From: an uncultured Gemmatimonadales bacterium
GTDB lineage: Bacteria > Gemmatimonadota > Gemmatimonadetes > Gemmatimonadales > Gemmatimonadaceae
Direction: 5' to 3'
Assembly: GCA_963851265.1 (NCBI GenBank)
Contig: CAWKNZ010000002.1
Span: 96,001 to 160,000 of the forward strand
Length of the DNA stretch: 64,000 nt
Positions within the stretch are counted from its first letter, which is position 1; every line of letters starts with the position of its first letter. Below are positions 35,209-45,789 of the stretch, piece after piece. Below the pieces are notes generated by a model. It ran no database searches. It was not told the origin of the DNA and saw only the letters and a list, made by a program, of their open reading frames with translations. Position numbers and translations under genes: made by a program.

Positions 35209-38006
35209 GGGGCGGTGGCCTGGGCCTGCGCGGCGAGCCGCGCGACGAGTTCGAGCGCCTGCATCGGCGTGAGGTGGTTGGGGTCGACCGCGCGGAGCGC
35301 CTCGACGGCCGGGTGGGGCGCCGGCGCGGGGGCGAACAGCGGAAGTTGGTCCGCGGGGACGACCGGTGACACGCGTCGCGTGCGGTGACGGCCCTCCGCC
35401 GGCGCGTGCTGCTGCGCCTCGAGCGTCGCGAGCACCGCCTTCGCCCGCGCGATCACCGGGGCGGGGAGCCCCGCCAGCCGCCCTACTTCGATGCCGTACG
35501 ACCGGTCCGCCCCGCCCGGGACCAGCCGGTGCAGGAACAGCACGCGGTCCTCGGTCTCGCGCACGAGCACCGTCATGTTGCGCGCCGCGGCGAGGTCGTC
35601 GGCCAGCGCGACGAGTTCGTGGTAGTGCGTCGCGAACACCGTCTTGCAGCCGACGGCGTCGTGCAGGTGCTCGCTCACGCTCCACGCGATCGACACGCCG
35701 TCGTAGGTGCTGGTGCCGCGCCCGATCTCGTCGAGCAGCACGAGCGAGCGGCGCGTGGCGGCGGCGAGGATCGCGGCCGTCTCGGTCATCTCGACCATGA
35801 ACGTGCTCTGGCCGCGCACGAGGTTGTCGCTCGCCCCCACGCGCGTGAACAGCCGGTCGACCACGCCGACGGTCGCGCGCGACGCGGGGACGAAGCTGCC
35901 GACCTGCGCCATCAGCACGATGAGCCCGGTCTGCCGCAGCACGGTGCTCTTGCCGGCCATGTTGGGCCCGGTGAGCACGACGAGCCTCGAGTCTTCCGTC
36001 AGCTGCAGGTCGTTGGGGATGAAGCGCTCGCGCGGCATCATCCGCTCGACCACGGGGTGCCGGCCGCCGACGATGTCGAGGTCGAACCCGTTGGTGACCG
36101 CGGGGCGCACGTACCCCTCCCGCTCCGCCACCTCGGCGAGCGCGGCCAGCACGTCGAGCTCGGCCAGGCGCGCGGCCGCGCGCTGCAGCGGGCCGATGGC
36201 CGCGCCCACGCGCGCGCGCAGCGCGTCGCACACCGCGCGCTCGCGCGCCTCGATCGTTTCGGCCGCGCCCAACACCGCGGCCTCGTGCTCCTTGAGCGCG
36301 GGGGTGACGTAGCGCTCCGCGCCGGCCAGCGTCTGCCGGCGCTGGAAGTCGGCGGGGACGAGGTGGCGGTGCGCGTTGGTCACTTCGAGGAAGTAGCCGA
36401 ACACGCGGTTGAAGCCCACCTTGAGCGACGGGATCCCGGTGCGCGCGCGCTCGTCGCTCTGGATGGCCGCGATCGCGTCGCGCCCGCCGTCGCGCAGCGT
36501 GCGCGCGCGGTCGAGCGCGGCGTCCACGCCGTCGGCCACGGTCGGCTCGTCGCCGAGCTGCAGCGGGGGGCGCGCGACGAGCGCCGCGGTGAGTGCCGCG
36601 GCGAGCTCGGCCGCCGCGCCCATTTCGTCCCACTCTGCACCGATCTCGGCGAGCCTCCCGCCGCCGACCGCCTCGGCGACGTCGGCGCGCACGCGAGCGA
36701 GCGCGTCGCGCACGTCGGGCATCCGCGCGAGCGAGTCGCCCAGCAGGCGCAGCTCGCGCGGCGTGGCGCGGTTGGCGGCGGCCTTGCCGGCCAGGCGCTC
36801 CACGTCGCGCACCCCGTCGAGCGCCTCGCGCAGCGCGCCGCGCGCGAGCGGGGCGGCGGCGAACGCGGCCACCGCGTCGAGCCGCGCCTCGATGGCCGCG
36901 ACGTCGACGAGCGGCGCGAGCAGCCAGCGTCGCAGCAGCCGCGCGCCCATCGGCGTCGCCGTCCGATCGAGCACCGCGACCAGGGTGTCGGCCTCGCCCG
37001 CGTCGTCCGCGGAGCGCGGGCGCAGCGACTCGACGAGTTCGAGGTTGCGGCGCGTCATCTCGTCGAGCGGCATGGCCCCGCCCGCGCGCTCCACGGTGGG
37101 GCGCGCGAGGTGCGGGAGGCCGCCCGGCTGCAACTCGCGCAGGTAGCGCAGCAGCGCGCCCGCGACGCCGACGAGCGTCTGGTCGCCGTCCGCCCCCAGG
37201 CCGAGCGCGTCGACGCCGACGTCGTACTGGCGCCGCAGCTCGTCGGCGCCGAGCGCGGGGTCGAACTCCCACGCGTCGCGCTCGGTGCGGAGCGGCGGGG
37301 CGCCCTGGTCGGCCCACGCCATGACGCGCTCCGCGCCGTCGTCCGGGACGCCGTTAGGCACGGACCCGGCGGCGCCGCGGGCGCGCTCGTCGCGCGCGAC
37401 GACCAGCTCGCGCGGGGCGTAGCGGGCGAAGAGCGCGTCGCCGTCGGCCGCGGGCGCGGTCGCGAGGCGCAACTCGCCCGTCGACAGGTCGGCGGCGGCG
37501 AGGACGAGGCGCTCGACGCCCGCGGCCCGGTCCACGCGCGCGGCCGCGACGAAGGTGTTGCGCGACGCGTCGAGCAACTCGTCGGCGAACGCGGCGCCGG
37601 GCGTGACGGTCTCGACGACCTCGCGGCGCACGACGCCCTTGGCGAGCTTCGGGTCCTCGACCTGCTCGCACACCGCGACGCGGAACCCTCGCGCGACGAG
37701 CCGCCGCACGTACTCGCCGCACGCCCGCACGGGCACGCCCGCGAGCGGCACGTCGGCCGCGCCGCCGTTGTTGCGCGCCGTGAGCGTGAGGCCGAGCACG
37801 CGCGCGGCGACCTCGGCGTCGCCGTAGAACATCTCGTAGAAGTCGCCCATCCGGAAGAACACGATCGCGTCCGGGTGGCGCGCCTTGATGTCCAGGTACT
37901 GCTGCATCGCCGGCGTCGCGGCCGCGTCGGGAGCGGTGGGCCTGACGTCGTGAGGCGCCGTGGCCGGCGGCGAGGCGGCTGTCCGCGGCGCGGCCGGGGC
38001 GGTCAC
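35205..38006 (-). CDS. mutS: DNA mismatch repair protein MutS
   Basis: TPAMQQY, FRMGDFYEMF, TGPNMAGKST, STFMVEM, DEIGRGTSTYDG, FATHYHEL; start approximate. Confidence 0.97.
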   Translation of the reverse strand: MTAPAAPRTAASPPATAPHDVRPTAPDAAATPAMQQYLDIKARHPDAIVFFRMGDFYEMFYGDAEVAARVLGLTLTARNNGGAADVPLAGVPVRACGEYVRRLVARGFRVAVCEQVEDPKLAKGVVRREVVETVTPGAAFADELLDASRNTFVAAARVDRAAGVERLVLAAADLSTGELRLATAPAADGDALFARYAPRELVVARDERARGAAGSVPNGVPDDGAERVMAWADQGAPPLRTERDAWEFDPALGADELRRQYDVGVDALGLGADGDQTLVGVAGALLRYLRELQPGGLPHLARPTVERAGGAMPLDEMTRRNLELVESLRPRSADDAGEADTLVAVLDRTATPMGARLLRRWLLAPLVDVAAIEARLDAVAAFAAAPLARGALREALDGVRDVERLAGKAAANRATPRELRLLGDSLARMPDVRDALARVRADVAEAVGGGRLAEIGAEWDEMGAAAELAAALTAALVARPPLQLGDEPTVADGVDAALDRARTLRDGGRDAIAAIQSDERARTGIPSLKVGFNRVFGYFLEVTNAHRHLVPADFQRRQTLAGAERYVTPALKEHEAAVLGAAETIEARERAVCDALRARVGAAIGPLQRAAARLAELDVLAALAEVAEREGYVRPAVTNGFDLDIVGGRHPVVERMMPRERFIPNDLQLTEDSRLVVLTGPNMAGKSTVLRQTGLIVLMAQVGSFVPASRATVGVVDRLFTRVGASDNLVRGQSTFMVEMTETAAILAAATRRSLVLLDEIGRGTSTYDGVSIAWSVSEHLHDAVGCKTVFATHYHELVALADDLAAARNMTVLVRETEDRVLFLHRLVPGGADRSYGIEVGRLAGLPAPVIARAKAVLATLEAQQHAPAEGRHRTRRVSPVVPADQLPLFAPAPAPHPAVEALRAVDPNHLTPMQALELVARLAAQAQATAP

Positions 38007-38013
38007 CCGCGCC

Positions 38014-39501
38014 TCATGGGCGCCGCGCGGGCGCGCCGTTCGGCGGCTCGGCCGCCTCGCCGCCCGCGTCGGTGACGAAGCCGGCAAGGCCCTGCCCGGC
38101 GAACGTCACGCGCGCGGCCGCGGCCGCGGCGCGCGTGGGATAGCGCCCGATCTTCACGCGGAATGGCGCCACACTCCCCGTCGCGCGCGCGTCGAGCCCG
38201 CGGCCGCGCAGCCGCGCCGCGAGCGACTCGGCGGGGTCGCGCTGGTTGTACGCGGCGACCTGCACCGCGAAGTTGCCGCGCGCCTCCGCCCGCGCCGCCG
38301 GCGCGGGCGCCGCACTTGCCGCACCCGGCAGCACGGCCGGGGGTGCGCCGGTGGGCGCGGGCTTGGGCGCGGGCTTCGGCTCGGCAACGGGCGCGACCGT
38401 CGACGACACGCCGGCGGATGACACGCTCGACGACGATGCGTTCGTCGTCGACGCGCTCGCCGTCGACGCGCTCGCCGCGGAGCGCACGGGAGGCGCGGGC
38501 GCGGCGGCCGGCGGCGCGGTCCGCCGGACCTCGGCGGTGGCGTTGCGGCGCCGCAGCTCCGCCGCCTCGATGCTGTCGATCCGCGCCGCCGCGCCGAACG
38601 TGGACGCGGACGCCGGGGCGGACATCGGTGCGCTGCGCGAGGTCGCCGCCGTCGTCGCCGCCGTCGGAGCTGGCGACACGGTGGGCGTCGCGTTTGGCGG
38701 CACGGCCGCTCGCGGTGGCGCCTCGGCCACGGTCTGCGGCGTGGGCTGCGGCACCGGCTGCGCCGCGGCGCGCGTGGCCGGCGGCGCCGACCCGCGCGGG
38801 GCCGGCGACATCACCGAAACCACCGACGCCGGATCGCACGCGGGCAGCCGGCCGCGCAACTCGGCCACCTGCTGGCGCGTGAACGTTTCGCTGCTGCGCG
38901 CCCACGTCGCCGCGTCGGCCAGCGCGGTGCACCCGCCGCGCGTGTCGCCCAGCTCCAGGCGCGCGCGCGCGAGCCAGTACGCGGCCTGCGCCCGCGCGGG
39001 ATCGTCGGGGCGCTCGCGCACGAGCCGCGCGAGCGTGGGCTCGGCCATGTCCGGCCGGTCGCGCGAGATGTCGAGCTGCGCGATCCGCACGGTCGCGTCA
39101 CCCACGCGCGGCGAGTTGGTGAACTCGTCGATGATCCGCCGCAGGTCCGCCTCGGCCCGCGCGCCGTCGGCGCTCAGCGACGCGCGCCACCAGAGCGCCT
39201 CGGCCAGCGCCGGCGATCCGGGGGGAGACGCCGCGACGAGCGAGTCGGCCACCGCGCGGCCGAGCGCGCCCTGGCCCTGCTCGACGAGTCGTCGCGCGCG
39301 TTCGTAGGGGCCGACCGCGGGGCCGGACGTCGTCAGCGGCGGCGGCGGGACGCGCTGTGCGACCGCGAGCGGCGGGGCAGCGACGCCGACAGCACACGCG
39401 GCCAGCACGCGGGCGATCCGCGGTGAACGGGCAGTCCAGAGAGGCACGGCTCGGCTCGGGGCGGATCGATGGATGGAACGAAGGGCGACGGCGGGCTGCA
39501 C
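38014..39501 (-). CDS. TPR + SPOR domain periplasmic protein
   Basis: Signal peptide, TPR-like helices, Ala/Pro/Ser linker, C-terminal FAVQVAAY...FRVKIGRY. Confidence 0.8.
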   Translation of the reverse strand: MQPAVALRSIHRSAPSRAVPLWTARSPRIARVLAACAVGVAAPPLAVAQRVPPPPLTTSGPAVGPYERARRLVEQGQGALGRAVADSLVAASPPGSPALAEALWWRASLSADGARAEADLRRIIDEFTNSPRVGDATVRIAQLDISRDRPDMAEPTLARLVRERPDDPARAQAAYWLARARLELGDTRGGCTALADAATWARSSETFTRQQVAELRGRLPACDPASVVSVMSPAPRGSAPPATRAAAQPVPQPTPQTVAEAPPRAAVPPNATPTVSPAPTAATTAATSRSAPMSAPASASTFGAAARIDSIEAAELRRRNATAEVRRTAPPAAAPAPPVRSAASASTASASTTNASSSSVSSAGVSSTVAPVAEPKPAPKPAPTGAPPAVLPGAASAAPAPAARAEARGNFAVQVAAYNQRDPAESLAARLRGRGLDARATGSVAPFRVKIGRYPTRAAAAAARVTFAGQGLAGFVTDAGGEAAEPPNGAPARRP

Positions 39502-39531
39502 CTCGGGAAGATACCCCGTCCCCGCCGTTCG

Positions 39532-40653
39532 TCAGCGCCCCAGAGTCCGCCGCTCCTGCGGTAGCGCGCAGATGCCGAGCACGAGCGTCGTGAGCAGCTG
39601 CGCGTCCGACGACACGCCGGTCTCCTTGAGCGCCACGTCGGCGTGCAGCAGCTGCTCGAGCGCGCGGTCGAGCGCGGGCGCGGTCCACCGGTCCACCGCC
39701 CCCGTCCACGCGCGCACCGCCTCGCCCCACGGACGGCCCGTGTACGCGTTGCCCAGCTCCTTGAGCAGGGTCATGTAGCCGTCAGGCCCGTTGCCGGCGA
39801 GCGCCGCGGTGCTCACGCCGCGCGCGCGACGCGCTTCGCCCCAGGCGAGGGCGAGCGTCTGCGTGGCGAGCGCCATCACCGCGGTCACCGCACTGCTCTT
39901 GGGGAGCGAGAGGACGTGCTGCACGAGCGCGCCCGCGGTGCGCGCGTCCTGGCGGGCGACGGCGTCGAGCAGGTCGGCGAGCGTTTCGCCGCGGCGCACG
40001 CCGACGATCGCCGTCACCGCGTCCTCGTCGATCGTGAGGGCGTCGGGGGAGCGGCCCTGCGCGTAGCTCGCGAGCTTGTCGAGCTCGGCGGCCAATTGGG
40101 GGAGGTCGTTGCCGACGGCCTCCTGCAACAGGCGCGCGGCCTCGGGGGTGATGCGTGCGCCGAGCGTCGTGCTGGTGTGGTGGGCGATCCAGCGCAGCAA
40201 CCGGTCCTCGCGCAGCGGGGCGAACTCGTAGGCCGCCGCGCCGGCGCGGCCGAGCAGCACGCGATCGACCTTGGCCCCCGCGGGCGCGACGAGCAGGAGG
40301 ACCGTGTCGGACGCCGGCCGCTCGAGGTAGCGGTCGAGCGCCGCCCGCGCGTCCTTCTTGAGCGCCCCCGGGTCGCGCAGCACCACCGCGCGCCGCTCGG
40401 CCATCATCGGCGGAGTGCCGAGGAGGGAGCCGAGCGCGCCGGCGTCGGCTTCCGCGCCCCGGACGGTCTCGAAGTTGAAGTCGCGCGTGGACGGGTCGAT
40501 CGCAGCCGCGAGGATCTGGCGCACCGCGTCGTCCTTCTGGTACTCGTCGTCGCCGTACAGGTAGTAAACCGGCGCGAAGGCGGCCGCGGCGAGCGCCGTG
40601 TTGAGAGACTTGTGGGCGGTGGAGGGGGCCATCGCGGCCGCGGGAGCTGGCAT
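39532..40653 (-). CDS. holA: DNA polymerase III delta subunit
   Basis: PVYYLYGDDEY, DFN, TPPMMAERRAVV, GNDL..ELDKL, D.ALK. Confidence 0.88.
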   Translation of the reverse strand: MPAPAAAMAPSTAHKSLNTALAAAAFAPVYYLYGDDEYQKDDAVRQILAAAIDPSTRDFNFETVRGAEADAGALGSLLGTPPMMAERRAVVLRDPGALKKDARAALDRYLERPASDTVLLLVAPAGAKVDRVLLGRAGAAAYEFAPLREDRLLRWIAHHTSTTLGARITPEAARLLQEAVGNDLPQLAAELDKLASYAQGRSPDALTIDEDAVTAIVGVRRGETLADLLDAVARQDARTAGALVQHVLSLPKSSAVTAVMALATQTLALAWGEARRARGVSTAALAGNGPDGYMTLLKELGNAYTGRPWGEAVRAWTGAVDRWTAPALDRALEQLLHADVALKETGVSSDAQLLTTLVLGICALPQERRTLGR

Positions 40654-40763
40654 GCCGAGAAGATACCGGGGCGTGGGGGCGCGCCCGAAAGGCGGTGCCG
40701 CCGTCGTGCTCTCGCCGGCGCCCGCTCTCGCGCCCTCGCCCGCTCTCGCGCCCGCGAACCGCC

Positions 40764-42431
40764 CTACCGCAGCGCCGCCCGGAGGACCACGCCGTCGAGC
40801 GGCTCGGTCGGCTGCACGCCCAACGCCGCGGCGAGCGTGGGCGCCATGTCCACGACCCGCGTGAACGCGGGGTACTGTCCCGGCCGGAACGCGCGCCCCC
40901 AGAACAGCACGGGCACGTGGGTGTCGTCGTTGTTAGGCGATCCGTGCGTCGCGGAACTCGTCCCGCCCCAGTAGTAGAACGGCGCGAGCGAGACGAACGC
41001 CGCGCCCGCCGCGTCGTCGGGCATCATGTGGAGCCAGCGGCGCGCGTAGACGTCGCCCGACACGGCGCGCGGCGCGAGGTCGCGCCGCAGCAGCACGCTC
41101 GCCACGCCCGGCACGCGCCGCAGCCCGGCGGCCATCGCGGCGACGGTGCTGTCGGCGCTCACCCCGGCGCGGGCGAGCGCCGCGGTGTCGAGGGTGAGCA
41201 TCCCGCTCTCGAACTCGAACCCGCCGCCCGCGACCCCGCGCGCGCCGAGGGCCGCGCGCGCGCTGGCGAACACCGGCCCGACCTCGGCGTAGCCGTGCCG
41301 CGGCGCGTTGGGCACCGACAGCGACGGGTACGGCTGCATGCCGTGGTCGGCGGTGAGCGCGACCACCACCCGCGCCGAGTCGCGCAGCGTGAACAGCGTG
41401 TCGAGGAATGCGCCGAGCGAGCGGTCGAGCCGCAGGATCTGGTCGTGCATCTCGCGCGAGTTCATGCCGTAGCGGTGCCCGACGGCGTCGGTGGTCGAGA
41501 GCGACACGGCGAGCACGTCGGTCGCGGGGCCCGCGCCTAACTGCATCGCGCGCACGCCGGCGAGCGCGAACCCGAGCGTCGCCTCGTCCATGAACGGGAA
41601 GTCGGCGACCTCGCGCGCGGCGACGGCCGGGTCGGCCGAGAGCGCGTGCGGGAAGGTGTAGTCGGCGCCGCCGTTCTCGACCGGCACCGAGTCCGGCTCG
41701 GTCTCGATCGCGGGCGCGATCGGCGTCCACGCGCGCCCGGCGTAGCGGGTCGCGACCGCGCCCGGCGCGGCGGGCGCCGCGCCCGCCGTGTCGCCGTCGA
41801 AGCGGCGGACCCAGGCGGGAAGCGTGTCGGCATAGTAGCGGCTGGTCACGAATCGGCCGTTGCCGCCGTACCAGAACACCGCCTGGCGCGAACGCCCGAC
41901 GGGGAAGATCGCGCCGCGGTCCTTGCGCGAGACCGACAGCGCGCGCGACCGCGGGTCGGCGCCGTGCAGCCAGTCGACGAGCGTGGTGCCCCGGAAGCGC
42001 ACCGGCGAGGCCGGCCCGGTGAGGCCGCCGGCCAGCAGCGGCGCCTGCGGATCCTGCACGCCCGCCGCGTTGCGGATGATCCCCGTGTGCGAAGGAAAGC
42101 GGCCGCTCATCGTCGACGCGTGCCCGGGCGCGGTCTCGGTGATCGCGTGATCCTGGTGCGCGTTGGTGAACAGCGCGCCGCCGTCGCGCAGCCGCTTGAG
42201 GCCTCCGGTGAGCCCCGACCCGAAGCGCGTGGTGAGGTAGTCCTCGCGCATCTGGTCGACGGTCAGGAACACGACGAGCGTCGGGCGCGACGACGCGGAC
42301 CCTGGTGCCGCGGGCGCAGGTTGGGCGGGGAGGCAGCGAAGCACCGGCGCCGCGAGGAGCAGGGCGAGCAGCGGGGTGACGAGCGACGCGACGAGCGGCG
42401 CCGCGCGATGAAGGCGAAGCGAACGGGTCAT
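40764..42431 (-). CDS. Alkaline phosphatase superfamily (PafA-like) protein
   Basis: TVDQMR, TETAPGH, SRKDRGAI, SLSTTDAVGHRYG, TADHG, THGSP..DTHVP. Confidence 0.9.
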   Translation of the reverse strand: MTRSLRLHRAAPLVASLVTPLLALLLAAPVLRCLPAQPAPAAPGSASSRPTLVVFLTVDQMREDYLTTRFGSGLTGGLKRLRDGGALFTNAHQDHAITETAPGHASTMSGRFPSHTGIIRNAAGVQDPQAPLLAGGLTGPASPVRFRGTTLVDWLHGADPRSRALSVSRKDRGAIFPVGRSRQAVFWYGGNGRFVTSRYYADTLPAWVRRFDGDTAGAAPAAPGAVATRYAGRAWTPIAPAIETEPDSVPVENGGADYTFPHALSADPAVAAREVADFPFMDEATLGFALAGVRAMQLGAGPATDVLAVSLSTTDAVGHRYGMNSREMHDQILRLDRSLGAFLDTLFTLRDSARVVVALTADHGMQPYPSLSVPNAPRHGYAEVGPVFASARAALGARGVAGGGFEFESGMLTLDTAALARAGVSADSTVAAMAAGLRRVPGVASVLLRRDLAPRAVSGDVYARRWLHMMPDDAAGAAFVSLAPFYYWGGTSSATHGSPNNDDTHVPVLFWGRAFRPGQYPAFTRVVDMAPTLAAALGVQPTEPLDGVVLRAALR

Positions 42432-42484
42432 GACACGGGCGGGGAAGGCGGAACGGCGGACCTGCGCAGTGTATCCCGCGCCGG

Positions 42485-43702
42485 CTACGGTTGTGTCACG
42501 TCGGCGCCCGCCACCTCGGGCTGCGTCACGCGGGCGGCGAACTGCAGGGCGAGCGCGGTCGCGACCCGCTCGCCCACCCCGCCCGGCACCGCGTCGAACC
42601 CGTGCTCCGCCCACGGAAGCTCCACGTACGCCACCGCATCACCGGCGGCCGCGAGCGCGCGCGCCAACGCGCGCCCGAACCGCGCCTCGACGAGGTGGTC
42701 GTGCCCGCCGTAGACGAGCAGCGTCGGCGGCAGCCCCGCGCGCACGTGGGCGAGCGGAGACGCGTCGCGATACCGCGCGCCCACGTCGGCCGGGGTTCCG
42801 CCGAGGAAGTCGCGAAGCACGGCGCGCGCGTCGATCGGGTCGGGGTGGGGCGGGTGCGCGTAGCCCTCCGCCAGGTCGACCGGCCCGTAGTAGTCAATGA
42901 CGCCGCGGAGCGGTGGTGCGCCCGGCGCACTGTCGGTCCACGCCGTGAGCATGGCGAGGTGCGCGCCCGACGACCGCCCCCAGAGCACGATCCGGGCACG
43001 GTCGACGCCCCACGCCGCGGCCGAATCGCGGACGAGGGCGAGGCCGCGGGCGGCGTCGTCGCGCTGCGCGGGGTAGCGGTGCAGGGGCGCGTGGCGGTAG
43101 TCGAGCGCGACCACGGTGTAGCCCGATGCGGCGAGCTGGCGGTCGAGCGCGGCGGACTGGCCCGCGTCGCCGCCGCGCCACGCCCCGCCGTACAGGACGA
43201 CGAGCGTCGGCCGCGCGCCGGCGCTCGCCGATCGGTAGAGCCGCGCGGCGAGCGGCGTGCCGTCGACCGCGGCGTAGTGGACGACACGCCCGCGACGGGC
43301 GTCCGCCGGCGCCGGGCTCCCGACGTGCGCGCGTTCGCCGGTCGCGGGGGGCGGGACGCGCAACGCCGCGATCGCGGCCGCGCCCGCGCGTGCGGCCGCG
43401 AGGCCTTGGAGCCAGGGCACGACGGCGACCGCGCCGGCGACGAGGGCCACGGCCGCGAGGCCCGGCCGCCGGGGTCGCGTCGCGAGCGCGACCGCGGCGA
43501 GGACGACGGCGGTCGCGGCGACGAGCGGCGACACCTCGCCCGCGAGCACCACCGGCCCGAGCAGCACGCGAAGGAAGGGCGGCACGAGCCGCGCTGCCGC
43601 GAGGACGGCGACCAGTACGACGAGTGCGCGCAGGACGGGGCGCGCCGCCGGTCGGCCGCCGCGGGACCTATCGTCGTGAGGCATCGACGCCGGCCGGCTC
43701 AC
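42485..43702 (-). CDS. HSL-family alpha/beta hydrolase (esterase) with N-terminal TM segments
   Basis: YGGAW, DYR.AP, GRSSGAHLA, D.LV, EHGFD. Confidence 0.85.
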   Translation of the reverse strand: MSRPASMPHDDRSRGGRPAARPVLRALVVLVAVLAAARLVPPFLRVLLGPVVLAGEVSPLVAATAVVLAAVALATRPRRPGLAAVALVAGAVAVVPWLQGLAAARAGAAAIAALRVPPPATGERAHVGSPAPADARRGRVVHYAAVDGTPLAARLYRSASAGARPTLVVLYGGAWRGGDAGQSAALDRQLAASGYTVVALDYRHAPLHRYPAQRDDAARGLALVRDSAAAWGVDRARIVLWGRSSGAHLAMLTAWTDSAPGAPPLRGVIDYYGPVDLAEGYAHPPHPDPIDARAVLRDFLGGTPADVGARYRDASPLAHVRAGLPPTLLVYGGHDHLVEARFGRALARALAAAGDAVAYVELPWAEHGFDAVPGGVGERVATALALQFAARVTQPEVAGADVTQP

Positions 43703-44115
43703 GCCGGCGCGGCCAGCTCCTTCCAGTCGACGCGTCGCGCCCGCTGGTCCGATGGCACCCGCGGCGAGGGCGCCCTCGCCGCGGTCGGCCGCATCGCCGG
43801 CGGCCCGCTGGCCGCCGAGGGTGTGGGGGGCGCCGCCACCACGCGCAGCGCGGCGGCCCAGCAGGCCCGCTCGACGGTCTCCGCGTCGGGGTCGCCCTCG
43901 TGCGCCACGCGTACGGCGCGGGCGATGGCGTGCAGTTCGCGGACGCTCGCGGCGGCGGCGGCGCGCGCGAGGTAGTGCTCGACGACGACTCGGTCCACAG
44001 AACCTCCGGGTGCGGGGGGCGTGGGCAACGACGGCGGCACGGCATGCGTTCGGACGTCCGGCCGCGGGGCGGCCGGCTCGAGCGGTCCAGCGACTTCGGT
44101 AGCATCATACACCAA
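43699..44115 (-). CDS. Hypothetical protein
   Basis: Fills the gap; stop overlaps the esterase start; plausible helical core. Confidence 0.45.
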   Translation of the reverse strand: MVYDATEVAGPLEPAAPRPDVRTHAVPPSLPTPPAPGGSVDRVVVEHYLARAAAAASVRELHAIARAVRVAHEGDPDAETVERACWAAALRVVAAPPTPSAASGPPAMRPTAARAPSPRVPSDQRARRVDWKELAAPA

Positions 44116-44203
44116 CCGCCCGCGTTATGGACGAGTCCGGGCGATCCGCGTCGCGCGCGGGGGCACTCCGGCGCGCGGACGTGACCAACTCGTGACCCGC
44201 GCG

Positions 44204-44704
44204 ATGCTCCTCCTGCTGTTCGCCCTCGTCCTGCTCGGCGCCGTCGCGCTGATCCCGCTCGGTCTGCCCGGCACGTGGCTGATGATCGCCGCGGCGTTCG
44301 GCTACAACGCGCTCGCCGCGTCCACGCCGGGCGCCGGCCGCGTCGCGACCGCGTCGCTCATCGGCACCTGCGCGCTCGCGCTCGCGGCCGAGGTGCTGGA
44401 GTTCGTCGTCGGCGCGCGCGCGGCGAAGCGCTACGGCGGGTCGCGCCGCGCGGGGTGGGGGGCGATGTTAGGCGCGCTGGCGGGCGCGGTGGCCGGCGTG
44501 CCGGTGCCGGTCGTCGGCTCGGTGGTCGGTGCGCTGGCCGGGGCGTTCGCCGGGGCGTTCGTCGCGGAGATGACGCTCCGCCGCGGCGCGGGGACGGCCG
44601 CCCGCGTCGCGACGGGCGCGCTCGTCGGCCGCGCCCTCGCCGCGGCGGTCAAGACCGGCGTCGGCGTCGTGATCGCCGTCTGGCTGCTGTTCGCCGCGCG
44701 GTGA
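44204..44704 (+). CDS. DUF456-family membrane protein
   Basis: PLGLPGTWL, AKRYGGSRR..WGA, GAF.GAFVAE. Confidence 0.8.
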   Translation: MLLLLFALVLLGAVALIPLGLPGTWLMIAAAFGYNALAASTPGAGRVATASLIGTCALALAAEVLEFVVGARAAKRYGGSRRAGWGAMLGALAGAVAGVPVPVVGSVVGALAGAFAGAFVAEMTLRRGAGTAARVATGALVGRALAAAVKTGVGVVIAVWLLFAAR

Positions 44705-44742
44705 GCCGGCGGGCGCCGCGTTAGGCGTGCCGCGTCCGCCGG

Positions 44743-45519
44743 TCAGGGCGCGACCGCGCGCTCCGCGTACGCGCCCAGCCGTTCGACGAGCCGCCGCAGC
44801 TCGCGCTCGCGCCGGCGCGCCAGCGCGCCGTAGATGCCGCGGCTGAGCGCGTAGCTCCCGCCGACGAGCGCGCCGACGAGGCCGACGACGGGGAGCGCGG
44901 CGTGGAACGCGCCGACCCCGATCGCGATCGCCGGCGCGGTGAGCCCGCCGCCGAATCCGCCCATCACCCCGCCGAATACCCCGCCCGCCGTCGGCGTCAG
45001 ATCTTCCTCGGCGCGGATCGTCGTCTGCCCGCCGCGCGTGGTGAGCGTGACGAACACGCGACGCCCCGACATCCGGTTCCCGTACTGCGTGGGCGTCGGA
45101 CTCCAGGTCACCGTGCGGCCGAGCGTGCTCACGACGCCGGGCTCGCTGAACGTGCGGCGCACCTCCTCGACGAGCGCCTCCAGATCGTCCCCGGAGACCT
45201 GGCCGTCGACGACGCGCTCGACATGGATGCGCGTTGCCTCGCCGAGAAAGCGCGACGGCGTGACGCCCGGCGACGCCGTCGCGAGGTCGGTGGCGGCACG
45301 GCGGACGAGCGCCGGATCGAGCCCTGCCTCGCGCGCGATCTCTTCGAGGTCGGCGAGCGAGGTCCCGGTTGCCGTGGGCTCATCGGCCTGCAGCTCGGCC
45401 GCGCGCCGCAGGATGAGCGCGACCTCCTGGTCGTCGTAGCGGCGCAGGCTCGCGGCGTTCGACCCGGTCCGCGGGGGGTCGGGCGCGGGCCGGCCGGTCG
45501 GTCGGTCGGAAGCGGGCAT
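44743..45519 (-). CDS. Hypothetical membrane protein
   Basis: RRYDDQEVALILRRAAELQ...LEEIAREAGLDP N-terminus; two Gly-rich C-terminal TM helices. Confidence 0.75.
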   Translation of the reverse strand: MPASDRPTGRPAPDPPRTGSNAASLRRYDDQEVALILRRAAELQADEPTATGTSLADLEEIAREAGLDPALVRRAATDLATASPGVTPSRFLGEATRIHVERVVDGQVSGDDLEALVEEVRRTFSEPGVVSTLGRTVTWSPTPTQYGNRMSGRRVFVTLTTRGGQTTIRAEEDLTPTAGGVFGGVMGGFGGGLTAPAIAIGVGAFHAALPVVGLVGALVGGSYALSRGIYGALARRRERELRRLVERLGAYAERAVAP

Positions 45520-45561
45520 GCGCGGAAGCTACCGACGACCCCGACGCTACGTTCCTTCGTC

Positions 45562-45789
45562 ATGCCGCGCCCCCGTCGATTCGAGCCCTCCACCGTGTTG
45601 AGCTGGATCGCCATCGTCGTCGCCGTCGCCGCGCTGCTGGCCGAAGGCTTCGGGCTCCGCGATGCCGGGCAACGACTGCGCGCGCAGGAAGCGCGGGAGG
45701 CGCGGGACGCGGCGCCACGGCCGGATGGACGAGTCCCGCCCCGGCGGTCCGACCCGACGAACGTTCCCCCTACCCAGGCGACCCCGTGA
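45562..45789 (+). CDS. Small single-TM hypothetical protein (75 aa)
   Basis: ATG 45562; hydrophobic helix VLSWIAIVVAVAALLA; stop overlaps the next start. Confidence 0.5.
   Translation: MPRPRRFEPSTVLSWIAIVVAVAALLAEGFGLRDAGQRLRAQEAREARDAAPRPDGRVPPRRSDPTNVPPTQATP

Noticed and set aside
29093..37317. Apparent long fusions in the ORF track (763-aa ddl, 859-aa TonB, 974-aa QC; likewise 750-aa DUF1996 and 783-aa RNB elsewhere)
   Set aside because: The N-terminal extensions are off-frame readings of neighbouring genes; real starts are internal
35385..38075. 896-aa ORF antisense to mutS, and other long shadow ORFs such as 6380-8866, 11994-13757, 27018-28973, 56594-58414
   Set aside because: Arg/Ala/Gly-rich, no motifs; expected from stop-codon scarcity opposite GC3-rich genes
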